A stretch of 64,000 bases of DNA from positions 17,381,820 through 17,445,819 of the forward strand of contig NC_092396.1 of NCBI RefSeq assembly GCF_030028105.1. Reading direction: 5' to 3'. This stretch comes from Mobula birostris. Taxonomy: Eukaryota. Position numbers and translations under genes: made by a program. How positions within the stretch are numbered: the first letter of the stretch is position 1; every line of letters begins with the position of its first letter. The notes under the pieces were generated by a model. That model was not told the origin of the DNA. It ran no database searches and was given only the letters and a program-made list of their open reading frames with translations. Below, piece after piece: positions 25,301-37,249 of this stretch.

Positions 25301-26563
25301 TGATTCTGTCCCCATGTTGGAAGATTCACAAAAATTACTTGATATGGTAACCATACCTCCACACACTGCAATGAATGGCATCAAAATCATATAAAACTGA
25401 CAAGAAAGAACAATGATTAAAAGTCAAAAGTAAATTAGTTCTACTTTTTATGGGAATGAATGGATACAAGTATGTCAGACTTTTGAATTTAATATCAAAG
25501 TAACTCTTTTGTATGTTGGTGCGTCCATAAATTGGGCATTTATAACTCGGGGTCAACCTGCATATATTCCTTGAAGCAAATGTCTTTTTTTAAAAAGGGG
25601 TTGATTTTTGATGTTCAAATGAGAGATACTTTATAAAAAAGCTTTTCATTTTGTACATCCATTGTAGGCATCAAATGCTCCAGGGTTTCAGTACATCATA
25701 AATTCAATGAAGATTAAAATTCTCCATGCACTGCCTCAAACATGCTGGTTTTACACTATGGACAGTTTTGTACCCTGTTCAGTAAAAGTGTCAACTTGGT
25801 GTCAGCTCAGGTTGTTGGGAGCAGTTTTGTAAAGTCCTCCTTGAGAGGGGCAGCAAGGATTTTACAGTCTGTAGACTGAGGGAGCTGCTATCGAGTTAGC
25901 TGCGTGATGTGCAAGGCTTGACCCAAACCGCATCAAAATTATGTTGCAACACAGCAGATAACCACCAATGATACAATTAGGTCAACAGTACTGCCCCGAA
26001 TTCATGACCTGACAACAAGTCTATGCTTCCCCACTGCTTACATTTGATTATCTGAGGGATTGCTGTGATACATAAATAGCCTAAGAGCTCAGAGAAGGCC
26101 TTGAGCACAAACTGAAAAATAAACAAAGGAGTTCACAGTTTGCAATCAAGGCATCTTATAACTAAGACAGTAAAACTAACTCAGGCATGAAAGGATAGGA
26201 CAGGTTGCAAGTCACATTGCATTCTAAACAGTCAGACTTTTAATCCTAAACTGGCTACCAACAGAGCACAATTCTGACAAGTTCAGTCTCTGACAACCCA
26301 ATTGCCAGAATTCTTTATGACTCAGCTTCAGAGATATCTCGATGGACTAATAAGACAGCATGACATGTTTCAACCATGCTGTATTGTGGCCAGCTCAATC
26401 TCCCGCACAAATATAATTTCCAGATTATGATAAGTCTATCCTTCTCCTTTTAAATTGTTCCAGCATCACTTAATGCAATTCGTTTGCACCAGCAAGTTTC
26501 GCCTCACAGAGACTGTGAGAACTCCCCACTCACTCCAGTCTTTGCTCTCCGCACACACGTGGT

Positions 26564-26884
26564 TTAATTTATACAGTCCTGCAGGTGAGCTATGTCTGTG
26601 AGGGTCACCTCGCTGGGTGTCGACAGGCTCTTCGCTCTCAGGGTCTCCAGTTCATCCTTGACTGCTTGCCACTTTTTCACCATCCTCCTCATCTCCTCCT
26701 GCTTCACCTTCAGCCGTTTCCGCAGCTTCTCATTCTTTTCCAGGGCAGCGAACAGTCTCCTCTTCATCATGCTGAGATTGGTGGCAGCGTAAGTATGATC
26801 TGCACTGCCTTTGGTGGAACCATCTTCAGCGGCAGGTGCCAGAGGCAGTTTCTCCTCTTCTCCACCCAGCACCAGCTCAGGCAC
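26564..26884 (-). CDS. THAP3: THAP3 last coding exon (HCF-1-binding motif and coiled coil)
   Basis: ttttcag|GTGCCT...; contains DHTY (D/E-H-x-Y) followed by MMKRRLFAALEKNEKLRKRLK, compared with human DHSY...KKKLFLTLKENEKLRKRL. TAA at 26564-26566. Confidence 0.9.
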   Translation of the reverse strand: MPELVLGGEEEKLPLAPAAEDGSTKGSADHTYAATNLSMMKRRLFAALEKNEKLRKRLKVKQEEMRRMVKKWQAVKDELETLRAKSLSTPSEVTLTDIAHLQDCIN

Positions 26885-27239
26885 CTGAAAACAGGAAGCC
26901 ATAGTGACTCGACAGTGATGCAGTCAACAGGACAAGCACAGGTCAAAGGGAGAGATCGTATCACCTTACTTGTGTAATAAAACTCTTCTGCAAACACAAA
27001 TGACCAAGACAAACACATCCATGACCACCTACTCACCTGCAGACAGATGAAATGTACATGTGCGTATACTTCATATAACATGAGATACCTCCTCCACCAA
27101 ACAGGACTCTCTCTAGGATTCAGATTTTATGAACATACCTAACTCTCTGTTTTCCTTAGAAGCTTAACACTCATCAGCTTTATAATTATGCTTACTGTTT
27201 CAACATACCATCTCTATCACTTTTGATAAGTACATTTAA

Positions 27240-27600
27240 AATAGAGTTATAGAGCACAACAAGCCCTTCTGCCCATCTAGTCAATGCCAAAATGTTATTG
27301 TGCCTCGTCCCTTCAACCCAACTTGGGCCATAGCCCTTGCATTCATGTACTTATTCAAACTTCTTTCAAATGTTGAAATCAAACCCACATCCGTCACTCC
27401 CTCATCCTACACTCACATCACCCTCTGAGTGAAGATCCCTCAAGTTCCCTTAAATATTTCACCTTTCACCCTTAACCTATGACTTCTATTTCTAGATTCA
27501 CCCAATCTCAGTGGAAAAAGCCTGCATTAACGCTATCCATACCCCTCATAATTTTGTACATCTCTATCAAATCTTCCCTTATTTCCCTATGCTAGGGAGA
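27240..27600 (-). mobile_element. CR1 LINE 3' fragment in a THAP3 intron
   Basis: Reverse complement resembles 19380-19740 (cccaatctcagtggaaaaagcctg...ctatccatacccctcataatttt). Confidence 0.7.
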
Positions 27601-28143
27601 TTAGCAATTGCTTACAACCGGCAGGGTGTGTTGATTAACCATTTAGTATTTGTATCAGCACCAATTTCAAAGTTTTCCAGACTGCTGTTTTATAGGCCTA
27701 TTGACTTCGGCGAGAACTGTTGCTCTTGAGCAACACACAACCTGCTGCAAGAACTCAACAGATCGAGGAGCATCACTGAGAGGAAAGAAATTGCTGGTGT
27801 TTTGGGGCCCACCCAAACCTTGTTGTTCTTGCTCACCAGTCTGCACTTGGTTCAAAAGAACCTGAATACAACAAATATAAACCAGCAAATGCCTATCTTC
27901 ATACGAGGGGGTGTATTGTTTCACTCAAAAATAAAATGGCACTGCCAACAGAACAGTACCCCCTGCTGTGCTGCATTTAGAAGGTCAGCCTGAACAGCAA
28001 TGTCCTTTGATTCAAATGGGAGGGATTTGCACTACAGGTAAATTCTAATGTTCCCCATTGAAGCGAACATTCTGCTCCCACACCCCCACCCAAATTCTGA
28101 AGCAGTCAAGATTTCACGAGTTCTGACTTGTCCAAATACCCAC

Positions 28144-28224
28144 CATTTCAGGCTTCTCTTCAGCCACGTCAGTCTTTGTTACTTCACCGATAACTCTCAG
28201 CTTTTTCCTTGCACGATGTCTCTG
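28144..28224 (-). CDS. THAP3: THAP3 internal coding exon (81 nt)
   Basis: gtttcccccag|CAGAGA...GAAATG|gtgggt; QRHRARKKLRVIGEVTKTDVAEEKPEM. Phase 0-0 fits the flanking exons; the sequence is poorly conserved and has a basic NLS-like run. Confidence 0.68.
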
Positions 28225-28506
28225 CTGGGGGAAACAAGCAAGGTCAAACAATGGACTATCACTTTAGAATGGGGGAAGAAAGGATAAAGATTCTCAAACT
28301 GATTCACAATTGTAAATAAAATTTTGGAACAAGCCAGAGACATGAGGGGCAAGTTGCAAGTCAGATCTTAAATAGTATCCGGAAGGAGGAGAGGGTTGAG
28401 GGAGAAATTCCGTAGGTTAGCTGATACACAACAAGGCATGGCTGCAAATTTTGAAGCAGTTAAAATTCAGGATGGCCAAGTTAACAGAATAGGACTAACA
28501 CTGTAC

Positions 28507-28699
28507 CTTCATGTTATCTGGGTAGTGGAAGACTGTGGGCACGGCATTATGCTTCAGATTTTTTCGGTTCCCCCAAGTGTTGAAACATTCTGGTTTGAAG
28601 TGGTCTGAGCAAATGACCGTGTGCTGGTTGGGTTTGAATTCAGCTCTTCCGACATTGTTCATCCACTCTATCAAAAGGTCCGGCTTGCTGAATGGAAAC
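28507..28699 (-). CDS. THAP3: THAP3 coding exon 2 (193 nt), THAP zinc finger
   Basis: ttattcag|G TTT CCA...ATGAAG|gtacag; FPFSKPDLLIEWMNNVGRAEFKPNQHTVICSDHFKPECFNTWGNRKNLKHNAVPTVF (CxxH and AVPTVF box). Confidence 0.96.
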
Positions 28700-28954
28700 C
28701 TGAATAATTAGGGAAGAGCACCTACAAATGAAACAGTTTGTCCTTTCAATGGTACATATTACCTTCCCGCTTACGCCATCTACATACATCTCAGTCTCTA
28801 CAGGACACAGAAATAACACCCTCTACCTTCCGATACTTGGACCATTGTTATCCCCTCTCTTCCCACCACAAGCCCCGCCTAATCCTGTTTCCACCTTCCT
28901 CCCCATTCTAGGACACCAGTAAGTACAAATGCCCTATGTTACTTTGGGCAGTGG

Positions 28955-29290
28955 GGTGGAGATTCATCTCTACAGAGGAGGTGTAAAACACTCCTTCCCT
29001 CGGCTAGCCTGCAGGTCACCCTTGGGCAGGGTGTAGCACCTGCTTATCCCCTGAATCAGGGTCACGTGAAGCCATGGGAATAGATGGTTGAATGGTCGTA
29101 TGAGCAGCTGACGCCATGCAGACAATCCCTGAAGAGTATGGATGATGGCTGGGGTCATCTCTCTTGTAAAGACACTGCCGAGAAGAAGGCATTGGCAAAC
29201 CTCTTCTGTAGAAAAATTTGCCAAGGACAATCATAGTCGTGGAGGCCAGGATCACCTATGTCGTACAACATGGCACATAATGATGATTAT
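28955..29290 (+). mobile_element. RTE-related non-autonomous retroposon (SINE-like)
   Basis: Bov-A/RTE-like motif 'gaagaaggcattggcaaacctcttctgtagaaaaatttgccaagg' and a (TGA)n-like tail. Confidence 0.55.
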
Positions 29291-29309
29291 TTTATTAAAT
29301 TATTTTTTT

Positions 29310-29530
29310 CTTATTGAGATACAATGCAGAGTAGGCCATTTGAGCCATGCCACTTAGCAACCCTGGATTTAACCCTAGTCTCATCACAGGACAATTAACT
29401 ATGACCAATTAACCTACTGACCGGTACGTCTTTGGACTGTGGGAGAAAACCAGAGCACCCGGAGGAAATCTACGTGGTCATGGGGAGAACGCTGCCTTAC
29501 AGGCAGCAATGGGAATTGTTTACGCTAACT
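29310..29530 (-). mobile_element. SINE (same core as 6641-6910)
   Basis: 'gtacgtctttggactgtgggagaaaaccagagcacccggaggaaatc' is the reverse complement of the SINE core. Confidence 0.7.
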
Positions 29531-29936
29531 CTTGGTAGCCCTATGAAGGATGCTACTTTCTACAGGTTACCTGTGACAGTGAATCTACTTGTCTCTGGTG
29601 TGCTATTATAATTGTACAGCAATTTTACATTTTTAAATTATACTACATTCACATAAAGAATATTCATTTTATGAATCCCTGACAGATTTACTTATCTGTG
29701 TCGGGTAAACTACTGGTACCCAAAATGCTGTGGCAGTCGTACAGTATTTCTGCATATTCGCTCATTGAAAGTGATTTCTCTGTACACATGCACACCGATT
29801 ATGAATACGTTGGATCTCTGACAGATTTACCTGAGCTGTAGGTAGTTATAACAGCATACCGCAACATTATTTCTATCATCTAACACTGTAGGCTGATTAA
29901 AATGCTGCGACTCTGAGAAGCCTCCGCTTGTTTTAC

Positions 29937-30010
29937 CTGTGGAAGGTGAGCTCCTTGTTCTTGCTGCTGTACCTGTTGGTACAGTTGAAGGCAGCGCATG
30001 ACTTGGGCAT
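29937..30010 (-). CDS. THAP3: THAP3 first coding exon (74 nt)
   Basis: gacATG CCC AAG TCA TGC...CAC AG|gtaaaa; MPKSCAAFNCTNRYSSKNKELTFHR, compared with human MPKSCAARQCCNRYSSRRKQLTFHR. Confidence 0.96.
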
Positions 30011-30330
30011 GTCCCAGCCGCGGCCCCGCTCTTGCCCCCCACAATAATGGCGGCCTGCCGGCAACACCCGCCTCGCCGCACCCCTCACCACAAAATGGCG
30101 CCACCGCTCGGCCGCTCACCGCTCATCAACCCGCAGGAAAACTGACAAGAAGGATAAATGTCAAATCGAGCCTTTCCGAACTTAATTTACTGGGGAGGAC
30201 ACAACTGCATGTCGAAAAGGTCCGAATCCCTTGCCTCAAAATCAGCTCGGATTTTTTTCGGTGGGGGTGGAATCCGCTCAATGACGTATTTCTACGTTAT
30301 GCGTGATGACGTTGAGACGGCCTTCAGGTA
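30011..30330 (-). promoter_or_regulatory. THAP3 CpG-rich promoter/5'UTR
   Basis: High CpG density; YY1-type motifs AATAATGGCGGC (about 30043) and CAAAATGGCGCC (about 30091); CRE half-sites TGACGT at about 30283 and 30307. Confidence 0.65.
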
Positions 30331-31489
30331 GAAGTGATTTGGGTTTTGGCGCAAATTCTGTTGTGGTTTTGGATTATACAGTTTAAAAGTCTCTGAATTA
30401 TCAGACGTGCCCGGAGGCTACAGCAGTGTGGAAGTAGACTTAAGGATCTCAAGTGTGTGTTGCGTTTATCAGTGACAGCACGGTTCCTGTGCCCGGTTTC
30501 CCTCAGGCAATGCCTTCGCCACTGCTGGGTTTCTGTATGCTGCCTTCCCTACTCAGTGTGGTATCCTCACACTAGGCAGATTTACTGAACTCTTCCTATT
30601 TGAAATGTGCGCTTCATTGCTACTGCCACGCTTCAACTTATTCTAATGAAGGAAAGTGAGAGCTCAAAGTGTAACATCTCTTCTTACAGCTGCGCTGTAC
30701 AATGGTGAACGTTGAATTTAATCATTTTAGATGTAATCACGCCTGTTTTCTACAGGTTTTTTAAAAATTGTTTCTCACTTGGCTGTAAATATTTTGAAAT
30801 TCCACAAATTGCGATTCACTTGAACTGACAGTGCCGACTGCTTTCAGGAACTTCGATTTACCCAGACCTCCACTGGCTTCTTTTTACTCTTTAAATTTAT
30901 GGACACCTGATTAAGGAGCACAATTACCCCATTAAGACCCTCAAAACTGGTCTGTCATTTAATAAGATCACAGTTCACCTAACTAATCTCAACTCCACCA
31001 ACCCAATAACCTATCACTCTTGTTCATCAAACATCTATCCACCTTTGCCTTAAAATATTAAGACTTTTATTTTATCACACTTTGAGGAAGAGAGCAAACG
31101 CTGGAAAAAATTGACTCAAAACTTTTTAAGTGGATGATTTATTTTTAAAAAGTAATCCTTCATTCCAGATTCTCCAAGGAAAGGAAACCCTTCCCAAATC
31201 TGCACTATCAAGATCCTTCAATATCTTGTACATTTCAGTCAAGTCTCTTCCCACTCTTCTAAACTCTATTAGATACAATCGTACCCTGTGCAAATGTTCC
31301 TCACAAGACAATCTGCCTGTGTCAGTTAATTGTCTAATCCCGGAACTGCTTTCAATACATTTTAAAAGTTTCTTCTTTAAATGTCTCCCAGAATTTAACA
31401 CACTCTTCCTTCCTTCAACTAGTTTAAAAGCTTTCCTTTGCCATTTCAATTCTTTACATTTTGGATCTGTCTTTTTATTTATTTATTTA

Positions 31490-31750
31490 TTTATTGATTG
31501 ATTTGATTTGATTTAGAGATGCAGCATAGAACAGACCCTTCCCACCCAATGAGCTGCAACACCACCAACCTACCTATTTAACACAAGCCTAATCACAGGA
31601 CAATTTGCAATAAACAATTACCCATCCTGTTGGTACATTTTTGGACAATGGAAGGAAACTGGAGCACCTGGAGGAAACTCGCAGGGAGAGCATACAAACT
31701 CCTTACGGATGGCGCTGGAATTGAACTCCAAACTCTGAACTGTAGTACCA
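31490..31750 (-). mobile_element. SINE with (ATTT/ATTTG)n tail
   Basis: 'aaactggagcacctggaggaaactc...ggaattgaactcc' is the reverse complement of the SINE core and B-box. Confidence 0.68.
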
Positions 31751-32001
31751 TGGCTCCTTAAAAGCGTATTTAAAAATACACCTTTCACACTTTTTATCAC
31801 ATTAGTCCCGATGAATTAAAACCAAAAATGCAGAAACATTCAGCAGGTAGAAGTATTAGAATGTTGTGCAGCATCTTTGTAAAGAGAAATAAAGGCAACT
31901 TTTCAAGTGCAGACTCTTCATCAAAACTGGGAAAGTGAGAAAATGAATCAGTTTTCTGTTGCAGAGAGGGTGAGGGAACTATGGGTACGATAAAGGGAAC
32001 A

Positions 32002-32741
32002 CAGTGGATTCAGGTTAGTTGGGCCATTGGTTAATTGGGACAGCTGCTTATTTGGGACAACTCTTAAAGAGAAAAAGCTAATCAAGAAAATAGCCAGATT
32101 CTCTTCTTTTATTTGGGACACTAATCCACTTAATTGAATCAGGAGACTGTTGCTGAACAGTTTGCAACTAACATCAGTTGTGTGCACTTGTTTGGCTGTG
32201 CTTTAATCAAACAGTTTTTAAGTATCTTCAGCTCTGTGTGTTTGTGTTCAAAGGAGCTGTTCTGTTTCTAGCAAATTGTCAGGAGTGAAATTGAAACTAT
32301 TTCATTACTTCAACAAGTTAGGAACTACAAAGAATTTGAAGTTATCGACTATCATCTTGAATGTTACAATGAAGATGAAGATTTGGAGGATGCAATCGTC
32401 GAAAGCATTGTATGAAGGCAGTCCATTAGCTACACTAGACGTCTTTGCTGATTTTGTTCAGTTGCAGTCAATCAAAAACACGGCAGCATACACTGAATGA
32501 ATTCCTCCATCCATAACTATTAGGAACTAATACACAATTTTATAGTAATGTAGTAGTATTGACAGTATTCTAATTTGTTCTATATTTCATTTAAATACAT
32601 AATTTGTTACTCAGTTAAACAATAGTTTGTCCTTTTTTGTACCTTTTTAATTATTCCCTTAACTTCGGCTAATTGGAGCAGCCACTCAATTGGGCCAAAA
32701 TGTATTAGACCTGATGTGTTCCAATTAACCAGAATCCACTG
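32002..32741 (+). mobile_element. Non-autonomous Tigger/pogo deletion derivative (MITE-like)
   Basis: Termini CAGTGGATTCAGGTTAGTTGG and CCAATTAACCAGAATCCACTG|TA. Both ends are homologous to the element at 51598-53912. Confidence 0.85.
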
Positions 32742-33724
32742 TACATCTGATTGAATGAGGCCAGGATTGCCAAGCTGATTCCAATAGTTATAGAATTGGC
32801 TGATTAAGAGAACAGAGGACAGAGAGAGAAGAAACAAACAAAAGAATATGTAAAATCATGAAATGCAGGCCATCGTTGGTGTATAATAGGAAACCAGGAA
32901 TGCTGAAAATGCACAGCAATGTCCATAGAAAGAGAAATAGGCAAGTTAATATAAAATGGATCATCTTACAACAGGACTGGCCAGTTCTGACACAAACAGA
33001 AGTGTGTTACTGAAACTGCTGAGTTTGATTTTAATAATCAAAGGTTGTCTGTTGCTAGAAAGAAGAGTGCTTATGTGGATCTGGTCGAACACAGTGCAGG
33101 AGGTCAGAGACGTTTAGGATGGTATATGAGTGGGCTAAGGAAAAGCAAGAAGCTCAGGCCTGCCAGTTTAATTTCTTTTATCCCACTCGCACTCCAACCT
33201 AAACATCTCTGACCAGGTGGAATGGAGGTGCTTTGTAAATTGGCCATCTGTTATGTTTATGGCTTGTTCAATGTCATGAGCACATTAGATTGCAAAAAAA
33301 AAATACAGATGTATTACTGCTTCACCTGGAAGGTCTGTTAGGTTCCTGGATGGTGGGAACAGTGAAAGTAAAAGAACAGATGTTGCACCTCCTATGGTTG
33401 CGTGGAAAAGTGCCATGACTGAGGTGTACCAAGGAGTCACAAAAGGAACAATCCCTTCAGAAAGCCAAAAAGGAGATGTGTCTGCTGGTGGATTTGGTTT
33501 TGAAGGTGGTGGACCTTATGAAAGGTGGTCATTGAGGAAATGGTGTTGAGAGGGAAAACAGATCAGCAATGATCAAATGATGGAGACTTGAGGGGCTGAG
33601 TGGCCCAATTCTGCTCATATGTCTGATGGTTTTATGGAATAAGAACACTGGCGTGAGTATCCTAGCCATGCTTGTTGAAAATGAGGTGAGAGCAAAGTTG
33701 TGGGAAATAGGTGAAATGTAACTG

Positions 33725-33900
33725 TGGTATGGGTCCTAATGCCCTTCCCTTGGACAACATTGGTGTCATGGAGAGGGGAGACTTGCATCATGGGCAGTTG
33801 CCGGTCTTCCATACAACATTGCCCGGGCCTGCGCCCTGGAGGTTGAAGACTTTCCAGCCGCAGATCCATGGTCTCGCAAGACTAACAGATGCCTTTATTT
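33725..33900 (+). mobile_element. Short RTE-type retroposon fragment
   Basis: GC-rich island ending 'gcagatccatggtctcgcaagactaacagatgcctttattt', recalled as an RTE-SINE-like 3' end. Confidence 0.4.
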
Positions 33901-35111
33901 AACTGTGGAAAATGTATTGCAAAGGATTCTGTGTGGAAAATATCATCAAAGCAATTACAACAGAGATGGAAGAATTGAGAAAATGGAATGGAGTCCTTAT
34001 AGAAAGCAGTGTGGGAGGAAATATAGTTAACATTGTATCTGTTAGATATCAGCTAATCTATCCCACTGAGATGGAGATGGAGAATATGTAAATCAAATAA
34101 TTGTGAGAACAAGGTAGAAATCAGCAGCAAGTGTAATGACATTTCCAAGTTCTGGATGAATGCAGGAAGCTGCCTCAGTACTGAAACACAAAATGAATTG
34201 AGGGAAGGAACCTGAGCCAGATGAAACAAACTGTTCCAACCTATTCTACAAAGGTTTGGGCAAAGCTTCAGATTACACAAGTTCTCATAGCTCCATTTTT
34301 AATCTGGAGAAAGTGAATGGGGATGAAGATGTCATTCAATGTGAGCGTAATTTCATCTGGGTGAATAAATATGCCTCTAAGCAGAAGCTATTTGGCTTCT
34401 GTTCAAAGAAGTGAAAGGTCCTCAGACCACCACACCTGGATGGATGTGCAGAGGAACTGTATGTGCGTGATGAAGGCGAGCCTGTTAGGAAATAGAAAAT
34501 TGACAAAGAAATTGAGGGCATCCGAGATGTCATAGAGTAAAAGCAAGATCAAAATAGGAAGAAATAAGTTTAATAGAGCAACAGCAGACAGAAAACAATG
34601 TGTCTGCCTCTACAGTCCTGCTTATGGGGAGAAGGTAAAAGTGGCTAAGCCAGTGGGGAATACAAAGCTGACGGTGTTAGAGGAAGATCTCTCTAGTGAG
34701 TTTTTTTTGATATGCAGGGAATATTGGTGGCCAATTGGTTAACCAAATGGTTCCATATAGAATAATTAGATTTCATTGCTTATAATAATTCTTAAGTCTT
34801 ACACAGACTGCTGCCGCAAAATAACACATTTCACGGCATTTTTCAGTCATGATAAACTTGATTGTGATTCTGATCTCTTATTTGTCTTTGTAAATTGCCA
34901 TGGGAACTTGTAACAATAGATATATCCTTATTTTAATCTCTCACTCAAAAAGACAGAATTTCCGACAAATCATACCTCCTTTACCTGCCATGATCAGGCC
35001 GCAAAATTTGCTTCTTTACCTTTTTAAATTGAGTCAAATAAAGCCAAACAACTTCTAATATTATTTTCATCCATTGCTATATTACCTAGTCCTGTCACTG
35101 TCTATATATCA

Positions 35112-35765
35112 AGTGTTGAGGTTGAGAGTTTTAAGTTCCTAGGAGTGAACATCGCCAATAACCTGTCCCTGTTGAACTACGTCAATGCCACAATCAAGAA
35201 AGTTCACCAGAGCCTAAACTTCCTCAGGAGGCTAAATAAATTTAGCATGTTTCCACTGACTGTTAACAGTTTCTATTAATGTACCAGAGAAAGCATCTGA
35301 TCTGGATATATAATGGTTTGGTATTGCAACTGCTCTGCACGTGGTCAAAATAAACTGCAGAGTTTTGATCACAGCTCAGCACATCACGACAACCAACTTC
35401 TCCTCCGTGGACTCAGTATGCATGTCTCACTGCCTCTCTAAAGCAGCCAAGACCCACCCACCCTGGACATTAATTCTCCCTTCTTCCATTGGGCAGAAGA
35501 CGCAAAAGTCTGAAAGCAAGTACAAACAGGCTTGAGGACAGCTTCCATTCTACTGCTATAAATCTATAAAATGATTCCTTAATATGATCAGATGGACTCT
35601 TGACCTCAATCTAACCTGACCTTATTTGTTACCAGCATTCCGTTAAGGTTTTATTTTGTTCTCCCTCAGCATAATGTGTAATTATTTGATCTGTATGAAC
35701 AGTATGCAGGACAAGCTTTTCACAGTACCTTGGTACACAAGATAACAATAATAATCCAACTCCAA
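35112..35765 (+). mobile_element. Rex1/Babar-type LINE 3' fragment
   Basis: 'gttgagagttttaagttcctaggagtgaacatc' (VESFKFLGVNI); homologous to 59760-60200. Confidence 0.7.
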
Positions 35766-36917
35766 TCTACATGGTGTTACTTCTCATTGGATGTATGCAA
35801 ACTTTCACTTTCAGGGGAGCAACCTTATTTGTTCTGCATCTTACCTCCTTATTTTGCTGTACCCCTACCTTTGTGTCAGGTCAAAATAACACCTTGATAC
35901 CTTGAGCCGTCAGATGGCTGTACTAATTGCTGCATCTACTAGATATTTAATTTTTCTTCTTCTGTAGAACTCTGTGGTAATTCTATAAATGACCCTGTAC
36001 TTGCTGGTTGGCAAATAACACCGCAGTAAGACTTTCCACCAAGAGCAATTATTCTACACTATTTGCATCTACGCATCCACCAACATGAATAAAGGCAGGT
36101 ATTTTCATCCAATACTTTTTCTCTCACCAATGCTCACGTGTTAATCTGAATATATAAACCATCTGTCAAGAGTGAAAATGTAAGGATACTTATTAAGGGG
36201 AACCATTGAGGTTAGGTGCAAAGTGTATTATTCTACATCTAATAGTTCCCTACCTGATCTAGGGTCTTGAGAAATATAGTGAGAATTTTACTCAGGATCA
36301 GTCCCTTGTGCACTTGTTCCTTTGGTTTGATTTCCTTTAATATGGTGTGAGAAAGGGAAAAAGAGTCATAACAGGTTCATCAATTAAAATACCAATAGTT
36401 AAATCTTTATTTACAAAATAACTTCCGATATACACGTACAAAGTTTCACAGAAACAAGGTTTTCTTTGTTCCGCTTTGATAAACCTTCCATGGAGACATT
36501 TCAACATTCCTTGCAACATCACTGCAAAGTGTCCCTAAATCAGAGACTTGTTAGTCTTGCATGACAAAGTACTGCAGATATTCCCATTGGGAGCAAAAGC
36601 ACCCACCAGTCCTTGTAAAGTTGCAAAGCTGCTTTATAAAAGTCACCCTCATTAAAATAACTAAAATGGGGTTGCGGCTAGGATAAGTTTTCCTCTGGAA
36701 GAGTGTGATAAAATGAGTTTTGATCACATACCAAGGAACATTTTACAACTATGATTTACTACGATAGATTTCTGGGATCCTTATGAATTAAATTGTATAT
36801 GTGTCACATATGGGTTTTATCTCCTGATAAAGTTGACTTTCTTTCAATAGTTCTACAGGGATCAGTCACCTTCCACCTGCTGGCCATTCCAGCTATTATT
36901 TACATCTCAAGCCTTGA

Positions 36918-36934
36918 GAGTGAGAGAGAGAGAG

Positions 36935-36969
<35 letters not shown>
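36918..36969 (+). repeat. Compound (GA)n(GT)n microsatellite
   Basis: Seen directly in the sequence. Confidence 0.95.
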
Positions 36970-36971
<2 letters not shown>

Positions 36972-37063
36972 TAATTTTCTCTGACTAACACACCTGACCC
37001 CATCTCTGTCCTTGCTCACTGTCCAACAATGCAAACGCTAGCAATCACAACTAGGACTAAAGG

Positions 37064-37249
37064 GACAAGAGATTCTGCAGATGTTGGAAATCCAGAGTAA
37101 CACATACAAAATGCTGGAGGAACTCAGCAGGTCAGACAGAATCTATGGACCAGTCCTGATGAAGCATCTCAGCCTGAAATGTTGATTCTTTATTCCTCTC
37201 CATAGATGCTGCCTAACCTGCTGAGTTCCTCCAGCATTTTGTGTGTGGT
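37064..37249. mobile_element. ~186-bp hairpin element with a single hammerhead core and 8-bp TSD
   Basis: Arms acaaaatgctggaggaactcagcaggtcagacagaatctatgga / tccatagatgctgcctaacctgctgagttcctccagcattttgt enclose CAGTC-CTGATGA-AGCATCTCAGCCT-GAAA-TGTT-GATT. ACTAAAGG at 37056-37063 and 37250-37257. Confidence 0.85.

Noticed and set aside
28507-30010. THAP domain as part of a P-element/THAP9-type transposase
   Set aside because: There is no transposase catalytic region or TIRs, and the exon structure and HBM/coiled-coil tail match cellular THAP3.
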